From Coriobacteriaceae bacterium (GTDB lineage: Bacteria; Actinomycetota; Coriobacteriia; Coriobacteriales; Eggerthellaceae), in assembly GCA_004555335.1 (NCBI GenBank), contig SFII01000001.1:5411-69410 (forward strand): a stretch of 64,000 nucleotides of DNA, in the 5' to 3' direction. A program made the position numbers and the translations under genes. A model generated the notes under the pieces. It saw nothing but the letters and a program-made list of their open reading frames with translations, made no database searches and was not told where the DNA came from. Positions 46,804 to 55,059 of this stretch are shown one piece after another (within the stretch, counting starts at the first letter, position 1; each line of letters begins with the position of its first letter).

Positions 46804-49272
46804 ATGACAATGGCTGAAGAAACGAAATACCAAGCGGTGGAAACCGCGGAGGTGATGCTCGGAGAGGGCATGAATTCCGCGGCGAAGAACGGTTGCTCCG
46901 AAGAGATGCTCGGAACCGCGCATTCCGCCGAATACAGCTTCACTTCGTCGGCGGCGGGCGCCGATCCCGCGAAGGTCACCAAATGCCAGTCTCCCGAAGA
47001 GCGCTTCGAGCGTCTGAGGGAGCTTGCATCCGAATACTTGGAGGAAAAGGACCTCGACTTCTTGGAGAGGGCCTTCAACTACGCCAACGAAGCCCACAAG
47101 GGCCAGTGCCGCAAGAGCGGCGAACCCTATATCACGCATCCCATCGAGGTCGCCATCATCCTGACCGACCTGCACATGGATGTGGAAACCCTGACTGCCG
47201 CCATCCTGCATGATACCGTTGAAGATACCGATGCCACCTTCGAAGAGGTTGCGAAGGTGTTCAACGAATCCGTCGCGCAGTTGGTAGAGGGCGTCACGAA
47301 GATCACCAGGATCGAAGTCGAGACCCTGACCGATCAGCAGGCCCAGACCATCCGCAAGATGCTCGTCGCCATGAACAAGGACATCCGAGTCATCGTCATC
47401 AAGCTTGCCGACCGCCTTCACAACATGCGAACCCTGTCTGCCCTGCGCGAGGACCGCCGTATCTTCAAGTCGCGTGAGACTTTGGAAATCTATGCGCCCA
47501 TCGCGCATCGCCTGGGTATCAATTCCATGAAGTGGGAGCTCGAGGACCTTGCCTTCTTCTACTTGGAGCCCGTCAAGTTCAAGCAGGTTTCCCGCCTGGT
47601 CGCCGAAAGCCGCCAGGAACGAGAGAAGTACCTCGCCTGCGTCATGAAAGAGCTCCAGGAGGAAATGGACTATCTGGGTATCGAATGCCAGATGATGGGC
47701 AGGCCCAAGCATCTGTATTCCATCTACCAGAAGATGGTCACCGGCGGTAAGGACTTCTCGGAAATCTACGACCTCATCGCCGTCCGCATCATCGTGAACT
47801 CGATCAACGAATGCTATTCGGCCCTCGGTGCGGTCCATTACCTGTGGCATCCCATGCCCGGGCGCTTCAAGGACTACATCGCGATGCCCAAGTACAACAT
47901 GTACCAGAGCCTGCATACCACCGTTATCGGTCCTGCTGCAAGGCCCTTGGAAGTGCAGATCCGTACCGAGGAGATGCACGAGATGAGCGAATACGGCGTT
48001 GCCGCCCACTGGAGGTACAAGGAAGGCGGCGGCGGGAAGAAGGATGCCGCCTTCGACCAGACCCTGGCATGGCTGCGCCAGATGGTCGACTGGCAGGACG
48101 AGACCCGCGACTCCCGCGAGTTCTTGAAGACCCTCAAGGTCGATCTTGCGGATTCCGAGGTGTACGTGTTCACCCCGAAGGGCGAGGTCGTCAGCCTGAG
48201 GGCGGGGTCCACTCCCGTCGACTTCGCCTATGCCATCCACACCGAAGTGGGCAACCATTGCGTGGGCGCCAAGGTGAACGCCGCGATTGTCCCCCTGTCC
48301 TACGAGCTCAAGATGGGCGACCGCGTGGAAATCCTGACCCAGAAGAGCGCGGCTCCCAACCGCAACTGGATCACGATGGTGAAAACGCCCAGCGCGCGAA
48401 GCAAGATCCGCTCGTATTTCAGCAAGGCATCGCGTTCGGATGATTTGCAGCTCGGCCACGATAAGCTGGTGCGCGAGATGCGCAAGAACGGCATGGGCAT
48501 CAACAATGCTCCCGGCCAGCGCGCCCTGCGCGAAGTCGCCGAGCATCTGGGCTTCAAGGACGTCGACGAGATGCTCATCGGCATCGGTTGCGATCGCGAG
48601 AGCGTCCAGCATGTTGCGAACCGCATGATCAAGCTCATGGTCGACCGTGAGGCGGAGGCGGAAGCGGAAGCCCAGCGCAGCTACAGCATGGGCATCAATA
48701 CGGGCAGGGCTATCCCCTTGCTCACCAACGTGAAGCATCCCAGCAAGAGGGAGACCCATTCCAGCAGCGGTATCGTGGTCAAGGGCGTGGAAGGCGTTCT
48801 CGTGCGCTTGGCGAATTGCTGCAATCCCGTTCCCGGCGATGACATCATGGGATTCGTCACCCGCGGCCGCGGCGTTTCCGTGCACAGGAGCGACTGCCCC
48901 AACGCGCAATCCCTCCAGTCTCAGAAAGAGCGCATCATCGATGTATCCTGGGATGCCAACCCCAAGGGCGATACCACGTACAAGGCGGAAGTGGTCATCG
49001 AGGCCGTCGACCGCATGAACCTGCTTCGCGATGTCATCGCGGTGCTTTCCGAAGAGGGGGCCAATGTGCTCTCGTCCTCTTCACGCGTGTCTCCCCGCGA
49101 CAATATGGCGGTGTTCAGGTTCCTCTTCCAGGTGAGCGACGTCGGGGCTATCAACAGCATCATCAGGAAGGCCGCGGCGGTCCATGGAGTCTTCGATGTC
49201 CACAGGACCATGCCGGGTGAAGATCCTGCCGCGGATGCGCGTAAGGCGATGAAGAAGGGAAGCATCAAGTGA
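46804..49272 (+). CDS. relA: bifunctional (p)ppGpp synthetase/hydrolase (RelA/SpoT homologue)
   Basis: HD domain (HPIEVAIIL...LHDTVEDT), synthetase domain (YIAMPKYNMYQSLHTTV), then TGS and ACT-like C-terminal regions. There is an N-terminal extension of about 65 aa. Confidence 0.95.
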   Translation: MTMAEETKYQAVETAEVMLGEGMNSAAKNGCSEEMLGTAHSAEYSFTSSAAGADPAKVTKCQSPEERFERLRELASEYLEEKDLDFLERAFNYANEAHKGQCRKSGEPYITHPIEVAIILTDLHMDVETLTAAILHDTVEDTDATFEEVAKVFNESVAQLVEGVTKITRIEVETLTDQQAQTIRKMLVAMNKDIRVIVIKLADRLHNMRTLSALREDRRIFKSRETLEIYAPIAHRLGINSMKWELEDLAFFYLEPVKFKQVSRLVAESRQEREKYLACVMKELQEEMDYLGIECQMMGRPKHLYSIYQKMVTGGKDFSEIYDLIAVRIIVNSINECYSALGAVHYLWHPMPGRFKDYIAMPKYNMYQSLHTTVIGPAARPLEVQIRTEEMHEMSEYGVAAHWRYKEGGGGKKDAAFDQTLAWLRQMVDWQDETRDSREFLKTLKVDLADSEVYVFTPKGEVVSLRAGSTPVDFAYAIHTEVGNHCVGAKVNAAIVPLSYELKMGDRVEILTQKSAAPNRNWITMVKTPSARSKIRSYFSKASRSDDLQLGHDKLVREMRKNGMGINNAPGQRALREVAEHLGFKDVDEMLIGIGCDRESVQHVANRMIKLMVDREAEAEAEAQRSYSMGINTGRAIPLLTNVKHPSKRETHSSSGIVVKGVEGVLVRLANCCNPVPGDDIMGFVTRGRGVSVHRSDCPNAQSLQSQKERIIDVSWDANPKGDTTYKAEVVIEAVDRMNLLRDVIAVLSEEGANVLSSSSRVSPRDNMAVFRFLFQVSDVGAINSIIRKAAAVHGVFDVHRTMPGEDPAADARKAMKKGSIK

Positions 49273-49967
49273 GTGCGATGGTGAATAAGGTGACGACCGG
49301 CTGCGCCCCGGTGGAGTACGTGGTTGTCGGCATGTTGGAGAATAACGTCTACTTCATCGAGGACGGCGAAGGCGGCGTCATCGTGTGCGACCCCAGCGAC
49401 CAGGTGGAAACGCTCCTTTCGGTGGCGGGGGACAGGAAGGTCTCCGCGATCTTCGTCACCCATAGGCACTTCGACCACGTCGGCGCCCTTGCCGCACTGA
49501 AGGAGGCGACGGGCGCACCCGTATATTGCGGTGCGATCGATGCGCCCGGTGTCGAAGGGCCTGAAGCCGGATCCCACGGCGTGGTGGTGGATTCCTGCAA
49601 GGTCGACTATCCCGTGGAAGACGGGCAGGCCATCACGGTGGGTAAGACCACCTGGAAGGTGATCCATACCCCCGGCCACACCAAGGGCGGCGTCTGCTAT
49701 TACCTCGACCCGGCGGATTGCGCCATCGAATGCGAGGGGCCGCGCTATCCGCTGCTCCTTTCCGGCGATACCCTGTTCCATCAGAGTACCGGGCGCACGG
49801 ATTTCGAGGGCGGCAGCGAGCAGGATATGCTCTACTCGATGAACCGTTTGGGCGAGCTTTCCGACGAAACCCTGGTGTTTCCCGGCCATTCTTCGCTGAC
49901 TACCATCGGAAGGAACAGGTTCTGGGTAATCGAGGCGTACGCCCGTTTCATCGGGATGGAGCAATAG
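49269..49967 (+). CDS. MBL-fold metallo-hydrolase (glyoxalase II-like)
   Basis: VTHRHFDHVGA is the HxHxDH motif, and HTPGHTKG follows. The GTG start overlaps the relA stop. Confidence 0.85.
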   Translation: MSAMVNKVTTGCAPVEYVVVGMLENNVYFIEDGEGGVIVCDPSDQVETLLSVAGDRKVSAIFVTHRHFDHVGALAALKEATGAPVYCGAIDAPGVEGPEAGSHGVVVDSCKVDYPVEDGQAITVGKTTWKVIHTPGHTKGGVCYYLDPADCAIECEGPRYPLLLSGDTLFHQSTGRTDFEGGSEQDMLYSMNRLGELSDETLVFPGHSSLTTIGRNRFWVIEAYARFIGMEQ

Positions 49968-50079
49968 CTCCAGGCGATTCTGCCTGGTACTGCTGTAAGG
50001 GAATCTTTACACTTGGGGCGAAGGGCTGCGGTAAAATCATTGGCTAGCGCCGTTGTCCCAGATGCTGTTAGGAGCGCAT

Positions 50080-50709
50080 ATGGCACGCAAGAAGAAGTAT
50101 GACTACTTCAAGACCTTCGAAGAGCAGGCGAAGACCGTCATCGAAGAGGCGGAACTGCTCGTCGAGGTTATCGAGAACTTTTCCTCCGCAGACGACATCA
50201 AGGCCGTGCTGCCGAAGGCCCATGAAATCGAAAATCGAGGCGACCAGCTGAATCACGAGAATTACAATGCGGTTGCCGTGGACTTCGTGACTCCCATCGA
50301 TCGCGAGGACCTGATCGATATCTCCAGTTCTCTCGACAGCATTATCGACCAGATGGAAGAAACCATCATGGAGTTCTACATGCTGCACATCCATAGCATG
50401 CACGAAAGCTGCCTGGAATTCGCCCGTTATGTGCTCGAGGCGTCCCGTGCCCTGCTTATCGCCGTCCAGGATTTCCAGAATTACAAGAAGTCCGCAACTT
50501 TCCGCGGTGCTATCGCGAAGGTGAACGATTGCGAAGAAGCGGCAGACGAGGCGTATCTGCGCATCATGCACAAGATGTACAGTGCCGATAATCCCGACCC
50601 CATCTACGTGCTGGTGTGGACGCGCATCTTCGATCAGCTGGAAGAATGCTGCGACGGTTGCGAGCATGTGGCAGACGCCCTGGAAACCGTCATGTTGAAG
50701 GATTCCTAG
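50080..50709 (+). CDS. DUF47 / PhoU-like (TIGR00153, YkaA-type) protein
   Basis: The N-terminus KKKYDYFKTFEEQAK and the helical repeats are typical of DUF47 phosphate-transport regulator-like proteins. RBS AGGAGCG. Confidence 0.75.
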   Translation: MARKKKYDYFKTFEEQAKTVIEEAELLVEVIENFSSADDIKAVLPKAHEIENRGDQLNHENYNAVAVDFVTPIDREDLIDISSSLDSIIDQMEETIMEFYMLHIHSMHESCLEFARYVLEASRALLIAVQDFQNYKKSATFRGAIAKVNDCEEAADEAYLRIMHKMYSADNPDPIYVLVWTRIFDQLEECCDGCEHVADALETVMLKDS

Positions 50710-50756
50710 GCCGAAAGGCTGCTTCGGGTTGCATTACGGCATAACTTGCACACATG

Positions 50757-50790
50757 CGGGCCGGCGGGTTCATCCTGCCGGCCCGTTTTC
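50757..50790 (+). terminator. rho-independent terminator after the DUF47 gene (possibly bidirectional)
   Basis: Stem GGGCCGGC / GCCGGCCC, followed by GTTTTC. Confidence 0.65.
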
Positions 50791-50912
50791 GCGTCTGAAG
50801 GAGGATTACTTGCGTACTCGGCGATTTCATGGGCTTATGGTTGCCGGCGGTAGGCCATGCCCAAAGAGGGCTCCGGCGTGCGGCAATCTGCAGTAGTGCG
50901 CCGTTTTCCGCG

Positions 50913-51716
50913 TCAGAGCCTGTGCTTATGGCGCGTCTTGTCGCGTCCTCGGGTGGAATGGCGGTTCTTCTTCACGCTCTTGCGCGCGTGGGCGGCAAGC
51001 GAGGAGATGTCTGCAGGTCCCAGGTCGGCCAGCTTGTCCTTGCCTTTCAGGGCGCGGACGGGTTTGGCGAGCGCATCTGCCATGGGGATGGTCAGGTCGC
51101 GTGCGGGCTTGGTGCGCCAGCCGAATTCAAGCGACGCGATCCTGATTCCGATGCCCAAAAGCACGCAGATCAGCGCCGACCAGTGGTCCAGGATATGGTA
51201 GGTGCGCATGATGGCGTAGGCGCTCGCGCTGATAGCCGCGGCGGATGCATAGAGGGATCCGGGGGTGAATGCCACGATGTGGTGGTTGAGTGCGACGTCG
51301 CGAACGATACCGCCTCCGACTGCGGTGAGCATTCCCAGCAGGATGGCAGGGACGATGCCCAATCCGGCGGCGATTGCCTTGCCTGCGCCGATGACTGCCC
51401 AAAGGCCGCATTGGATGATGTCCATGATCTCGATAAGGGGGTCGGCCAGTTTGACGAGCCTTCCGAAATAGAAGACCACCACGGCGCAGATCACGCAGGC
51501 GATGATGAGCTCGGGCCTTTGGAAGGCGTAGATGCCGTAGTCCTGCAACAGCACATCGCGCATGACTCCGCCGAACAGGCCGATGATGATCGCCATCATG
51601 ATGGTGCCGAGGATGTCGTATTTCTCGCGCGTTGCAGCGAGTGCGCCGGTCATGGCGCTGGTAACGGTTGCGGTCAATTCGAACCAGAACGGAATGGCGA
51701 GTCCGGTATCTAGCAT
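50913..51716 (-). CDS. trimeric intracellular cation channel (TRIC / UPF0126, YadS-like) membrane protein
   Basis: Two internal repeats each carry the GG..RD motif (GLFGGVMRDVL and AVGGGIVRDVA). ATG at 51716 is preceded by GGAGG. The C-terminal tail is basic. Confidence 0.8.
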   Translation of the reverse strand: MLDTGLAIPFWFELTATVTSAMTGALAATREKYDILGTIMMAIIIGLFGGVMRDVLLQDYGIYAFQRPELIIACVICAVVVFYFGRLVKLADPLIEIMDIIQCGLWAVIGAGKAIAAGLGIVPAILLGMLTAVGGGIVRDVALNHHIVAFTPGSLYASAAAISASAYAIMRTYHILDHWSALICVLLGIGIRIASLEFGWRTKPARDLTIPMADALAKPVRALKGKDKLADLGPADISSLAAHARKSVKKNRHSTRGRDKTRHKHRL

Positions 51717-51919
51717 CCTGCACCTCCTTGGGTCTCGGCGTCTTTCGCGATGGGTTTCCTTGGGCAAGCGATTCTGAATCCCCCGGGCCTTTCTGGGAAG
51801 GGCAGTCAAGGGAACTCCATGTTTGCATCAGATGTCGTTCATCCTACAGGGGCGACTGGTTGCGTTTTATGCGCATGTGGTTAATTGAGGGTAAAATCAG
51901 CGCTTGCGATAGAAGCGGC

Positions 51920-51930
51920 TGGTATCATTG
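51920..51930 (+). promoter_or_regulatory. candidate extended -10 promoter element TGGTATCATTG upstream of lysC
   Basis: Third exact copy of the 11-mer. It lies 61 nt upstream of the lysC ATG. Confidence 0.45.
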
Positions 51931-51990
51931 GGAAGGCTGTGGGGCCGCCGTGTCCTATGGAACAGAAAACGACCGAAGAAAAGGAACCCG

Positions 51991-53271
51991 ATGGCATTAA
52001 TCGTAGCAAAGTTCGGCGGAACCTCCGTTGCGTCCCCCGAACGTATCCAGATGGTTGCCAAGCGCCTGATCTCCATCAAGCAGCAGGGCAACGACGTGGT
52101 GGCCGTAGTTTCGGCAATGGGCAAGACCACCGACGAACTGGTCGGTTTGGCCGCTGCGCTGAGCAAGAACCCTCCCGCCCGCGAAATGGATAGGCTGCTC
52201 TCCACGGGCGAACAGGTTTCCATGACCCTGCTCGCCATGGCGATCGAGGCAAGGGGATACCGTGCGATGAGCTTCACCGGCCGCCAGGCAGGTATCAAGA
52301 CCAGCACCGAGCACAAGAAGGCCAAGATCCAGCTCGTGCATGCCGATCGCATCCAGACCGCTATCGAAGAGGGTTACATCCCTGTCGTTGCCGGCTTCCA
52401 GGGAATCGACGAAAAGGGCGATATCACCACCTTGGGCCGTGGCGGTTCCGACACCACCGCCGTCGCCGTCGCCTACGGCATCGGCGCGGATGTGTGCGAG
52501 ATCTATTCCGATGTCGACGGCGTATATAGCGCCGATCCCCGTCTGGTTCCCCGCGCACGCAAGCTCGACGTCATCAGCTACGACGATATGCTGGAGCTGT
52601 CCAGCGCAGGCGCCGGCGTCCTGCAGGCGCGTGCCGTCGAATTGGCCCGTAAGTACAATGTTGTCATCCATTCCCGCTCTGCATTCTCCGACGCACCGGG
52701 CACACTGATCAAGGAGGACGATCCTTCCATGGAAAAGGCAGTTATTTCCGGCATCGCTCACGACACCTCGGAAGTGAAGATCACCATCCGCGATGCTCCG
52801 GACGAGTCCGGTATCGCGTCCAAGATCTTCAGCGCGCTTGCCGGCAATAAGGTCAACCTGGACATGATCATCCAGAACGTGTCCGAAGAAGGCAGCACCG
52901 ACATGACCTTCACCTGCCCCGAGTCCGATTTGGACAAGGCGCGTGAAGTCGTCGAGAACGTCATTCCCGTCATCCGCGCCCGCGACTACGTGGTCGACGA
53001 GAATATCGCGAAGGTGTCCCTGGTTGGCACCGGCATGAAGTCCAGCCCCGGCGTTGCCGCACGCGCGTTCACCGCGCTCGCCGAGGCCGATGTGAACATC
53101 ATCCTGATCTCCACCAGCCCCATCCGCCTGTCCATGGTTGTTGCTGCCGACCAGGTTGAAGTGGCCGTTCGCGCTTTGCATACCGCATTCGGATTGGATT
53201 CTGATAGCGTATTTGAAGAAACCATGCTTTCTGCCGAAGAGCTGGAGGCCAAGAAGAAGAAGGGTCGCTAG
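51991..53271 (+). CDS. lysC: aspartate kinase (alpha subunit frame)
   Basis: MALIVAKFGGTSV, VVSAMGKTTDEL, LGRGGSDTTAVA, and two C-terminal ACT domains. Confidence 0.95.
   Translation: MALIVAKFGGTSVASPERIQMVAKRLISIKQQGNDVVAVVSAMGKTTDELVGLAAALSKNPPAREMDRLLSTGEQVSMTLLAMAIEARGYRAMSFTGRQAGIKTSTEHKKAKIQLVHADRIQTAIEEGYIPVVAGFQGIDEKGDITTLGRGGSDTTAVAVAYGIGADVCEIYSDVDGVYSADPRLVPRARKLDVISYDDMLELSSAGAGVLQARAVELARKYNVVIHSRSAFSDAPGTLIKEDDPSMEKAVISGIAHDTSEVKITIRDAPDESGIASKIFSALAGNKVNLDMIIQNVSEEGSTDMTFTCPESDLDKAREVVENVIPVIRARDYVVDENIAKVSLVGTGMKSSPGVAARAFTALAEADVNIILISTSPIRLSMVVAADQVEVAVRALHTAFGLDSDSVFEETMLSAEELEAKKKKGR
52729..53271 (+). CDS. lysC: possible in-frame aspartate kinase beta subunit (internal start)
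   Basis: An in-frame ATG 52729 (MEKAVISGIAHD...) lies at the start of the ACT region and is preceded by AAGGAGGA (52711-52718). Overlapping alpha and beta subunits are known for lysC of Corynebacterium and Bacillus. Confidence 0.45.
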   Translation: MEKAVISGIAHDTSEVKITIRDAPDESGIASKIFSALAGNKVNLDMIIQNVSEEGSTDMTFTCPESDLDKAREVVENVIPVIRARDYVVDENIAKVSLVGTGMKSSPGVAARAFTALAEADVNIILISTSPIRLSMVVAADQVEVAVRALHTAFGLDSDSVFEETMLSAEELEAKKKKGR

Positions 53272-53299
53272 TCCGCGCGGCTCCGAAAAGGCATTATTC

Positions 53300-53336
53300 G
53301 GGTGGCAGGCGCATCGAGCCTCCACCCGTTTTTTTA
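53300..53336 (+). terminator. rho-independent terminator after lysC
   Basis: Stem GGGTGGCAGGC / GCCTCCACCC, followed by a T7 run. Confidence 0.85.
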
Positions 53337-53365
53337 TGTATACGAACACCTGAAAGGGGAACAAC

Positions 53366-54442
53366 ATGGCTTGGACCAAGGAAATGCCCGCAAATCCCGT
53401 AGTCGCAATCGCCGGCGCAACCGGTGCCGTCGGCCGCGAGATGCTCAAGTGCCTTGAACAGGTGAACTTCCCCGCCAAGGAAATCCGCTTGCTGGCCTCT
53501 GCCCGTTCCGCCGGCCAGACCGTTCCCTTCGCAGGTTGCGGTGACCTGCCCGCCGGTGAGCTGACTGTGCAGGAAATGACCGAGGAAAGCTTCCAGGGCG
53601 TCGATATCGCGCTGTTCAGCGCGGGTGCCGGCGTGTCCAAGAAGTTCCGCCAGGCGGTTGTGGATGCTGGTGCCGTGATGATCGACAACTCCAGCGCATT
53701 CCGCATGGATAAGGACGTCCCCCTGATCGTGCCCGAGGTCAATGCCGAAGACGTTGCCTGGCACAATGGCGTTATCGCCAATCCCAACTGCACGACCATC
53801 CAGATGGTCGTCGCTCTGGAGCCCCTGCGTGCCCTGGGCCATATCGACCGCATTATCGTGAGCAGCTACCAGTCTGCAAGCGGCGCGGGCGCAAAGGGCA
53901 TGGCAGAACTGGAAGACCAGGCGGGCAAGGTCCTTGCCGGCGAGGATTTCGAGCCTTCCGCCTTCGCCCATCAGATTGCCTTCAACTGCATCCCCCATAT
54001 CGACGTCTTCATCGACGGTGATTATCTGAACGACGCCCCCGAAGGCTACACCAAGGAAGAATGGAAGATGGTGGTGGAAACCAAGAAGATCTTCCATGAC
54101 GATACGGTCCAGGTCGCGCCCACCTGCGTGCGCGTCCCTGTGCTGCGTTGCCATTCCGAGAGCATCAACCTGGAATTCGATCGTCCCGTTTCCATCGAGG
54201 CGGTGAAGGAAGCTCTTGCAAACGGCAAGAACGTCGTTCTGGAAGACGATCCCGCGAACAACGTGTACCCCATGCCCGCCCTGCACGCAGGTTCCTTCGA
54301 CACCTTCGTTGGCCGTGTGCGCCGCGATGCCACCGTGGCAGACGACCGTGGCGTTGCCATGTGGGTGGTTGCCGACCAACTGCTGCGCGGTGCTGCCCTG
54401 AACGCGGTGTACATCGCCCAGGCACTGCTGCCCCAGGCTTAG
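53366..54442 (+). CDS. asd: aspartate-semialdehyde dehydrogenase
   Basis: VAIAGATGAVG, NPNCTTIQMV (active-site Cys), SYQSASGAG. RBS GAAAGGGGAA. Confidence 0.95.
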   Translation: MAWTKEMPANPVVAIAGATGAVGREMLKCLEQVNFPAKEIRLLASARSAGQTVPFAGCGDLPAGELTVQEMTEESFQGVDIALFSAGAGVSKKFRQAVVDAGAVMIDNSSAFRMDKDVPLIVPEVNAEDVAWHNGVIANPNCTTIQMVVALEPLRALGHIDRIIVSSYQSASGAGAKGMAELEDQAGKVLAGEDFEPSAFAHQIAFNCIPHIDVFIDGDYLNDAPEGYTKEEWKMVVETKKIFHDDTVQVAPTCVRVPVLRCHSESINLEFDRPVSIEAVKEALANGKNVVLEDDPANNVYPMPALHAGSFDTFVGRVRRDATVADDRGVAMWVVADQLLRGAALNAVYIAQALLPQA

Positions 54443-54544
54443 CGCTTCCAAGGTACGCTTGCGGCAAAAAGCTGCCGTTCGCAGATTGAATCGGCGGGGT
54501 CTTGCCTAAGGCGTATCGGCCTGATAATATCTAGGTACGTGCTG

Positions 54545-54574
54545 AGCACCGCTCCTTCGGGAGCGGTGCTTTAT
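54545..54574 (+). terminator. rho-independent terminator after asd
   Basis: 11-bp stem AGCACCGCTCC / GGAGCGGTGCT with a TTCG loop, followed by TTAT. Confidence 0.75.
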
Positions 54575-54585
54575 GCATTTCTGGG

Positions 54586-54623
54586 CAGAAAAACGCTCTC
54601 CGATCGAACTATCGGGGAGCGTT
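54586..54623 (-). terminator. rho-independent terminator of the small ppk1-downstream ORF
   Basis: Stem AACGCTC..CCGAT / ATCGG..GAGCGTT. The minus strand reads TTTTTCTG after the stem. It is convergent with the asd terminator. Confidence 0.7.
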
Positions 54624-54656
54624 GCTGTTTCGACCGCGAATGCTTTTCGGTTCGTG

Positions 54657-54915
54657 CTAGTTTCGGCCGAGCAGCTTATCGATGATGCGTGCGATCAGGC
54701 CCTTCTTCTGGGGGGTGCGGACAGGGTCTTGCGGTGCTTGCATTTCCTGGGCTTGCTCGGCCCCGCCGCTGAAAGGCTTGATAGGCACTCCGCCGGCACT
54801 GCGTACGCATGCAGGTTCCGGTTCGGGCTCTGCGGGCCAACCGCCGAGCGGGGGGGATGGGTGCGCCGCCTGCGCTGCGCAGGCCGATGTACTCGTTTTC
54901 CTTCTTTGCAGACAT
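54657..54915 (-). CDS. small PPK1-tail-like protein, reading frame interrupted at a C7 homopolymer (85 aa if one C is removed)
   Basis: RBS AAGGAGAG plus ATG 54915 gives MSAKKENEYIGLRSAGGAPIPP. After the run at 54850-54856, the shifted frame reads LGGWPAEPEPEPACVRSAGGVPIKPFSGGAEQAQEMQAPQDPVRTPQKKGLIARIIDKLLGRN and stops at 54657-54659. The as-sequenced frame becomes Arg-rich nonsense and stops at 54676. Confidence 0.55.
54771..54812 (-). repeat. motif copy ACVRSAGGVPIKPF (small ORF, shifted frame)
   Basis: 31 of 42 nt are identical to the ppk1 segment 55438-55479. The peptide motif is shared. Confidence 0.6.
54850..54888 (-). repeat. motif copy IGLRSAGGAPIPP (small ORF, initiating frame)
   Basis: About 28 of 39 nt are identical to the corresponding ppk1 segment. 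It ends in the C7 run. Confidence 0.55.
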
Positions 54916-55059
54916 TTTCTCTCCTTGCTGTTTGGGATGCCGGTAGTTGGACCGGTTCGAGCCGGCCATTCGACGATCGCCGAGGCGGGTCTGCTGCCTG
55001 CAATCGTCGGCGGGCATTGTCCGCTTTAGGAGCAGATTCTGCAAGGTTTGTTATCAAGG

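Noticed and set aside
44023-48909. A 1628-aa ORF on the minus strand spanning recJ-recQ and relA
   Set aside because: It is antisense to two genes with unambiguous motifs. Its Gly/Arg/Ala/His-rich composition is typical of shadow ORFs in high-GC DNA. No family signature is present.
51830-51990. A possible lysine riboswitch (L-box) upstream of lysC, and ZTP or purine riboswitches upstream of glyA (12558-12621) and purM (61247-61365)
   Set aside because: I could not find the conserved cores by eye (L-box helices or the AGAGGNGC-type junction, the pfl/ZTP GGGTCGTGAC...CCGCCTGGGC, or the purine three-way junction). The leaders are short. A covariance-model scan (Rfam/Infernal) would be decisive.
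54676-55044. The listed 122-aa minus-strand ORF taken at face value, and the overlapping 120-aa ORF at 54695-55057
   Set aside because: The upstream extension to 55044 has no RBS and would run through the intergenic hairpin region. The part after the C7 run is Arg-rich nonsense. The RBS-preceded ATG at 54915 plus the shifted frame gives a product homologous to the PPK1 tail. The third-frame ORF has no support.
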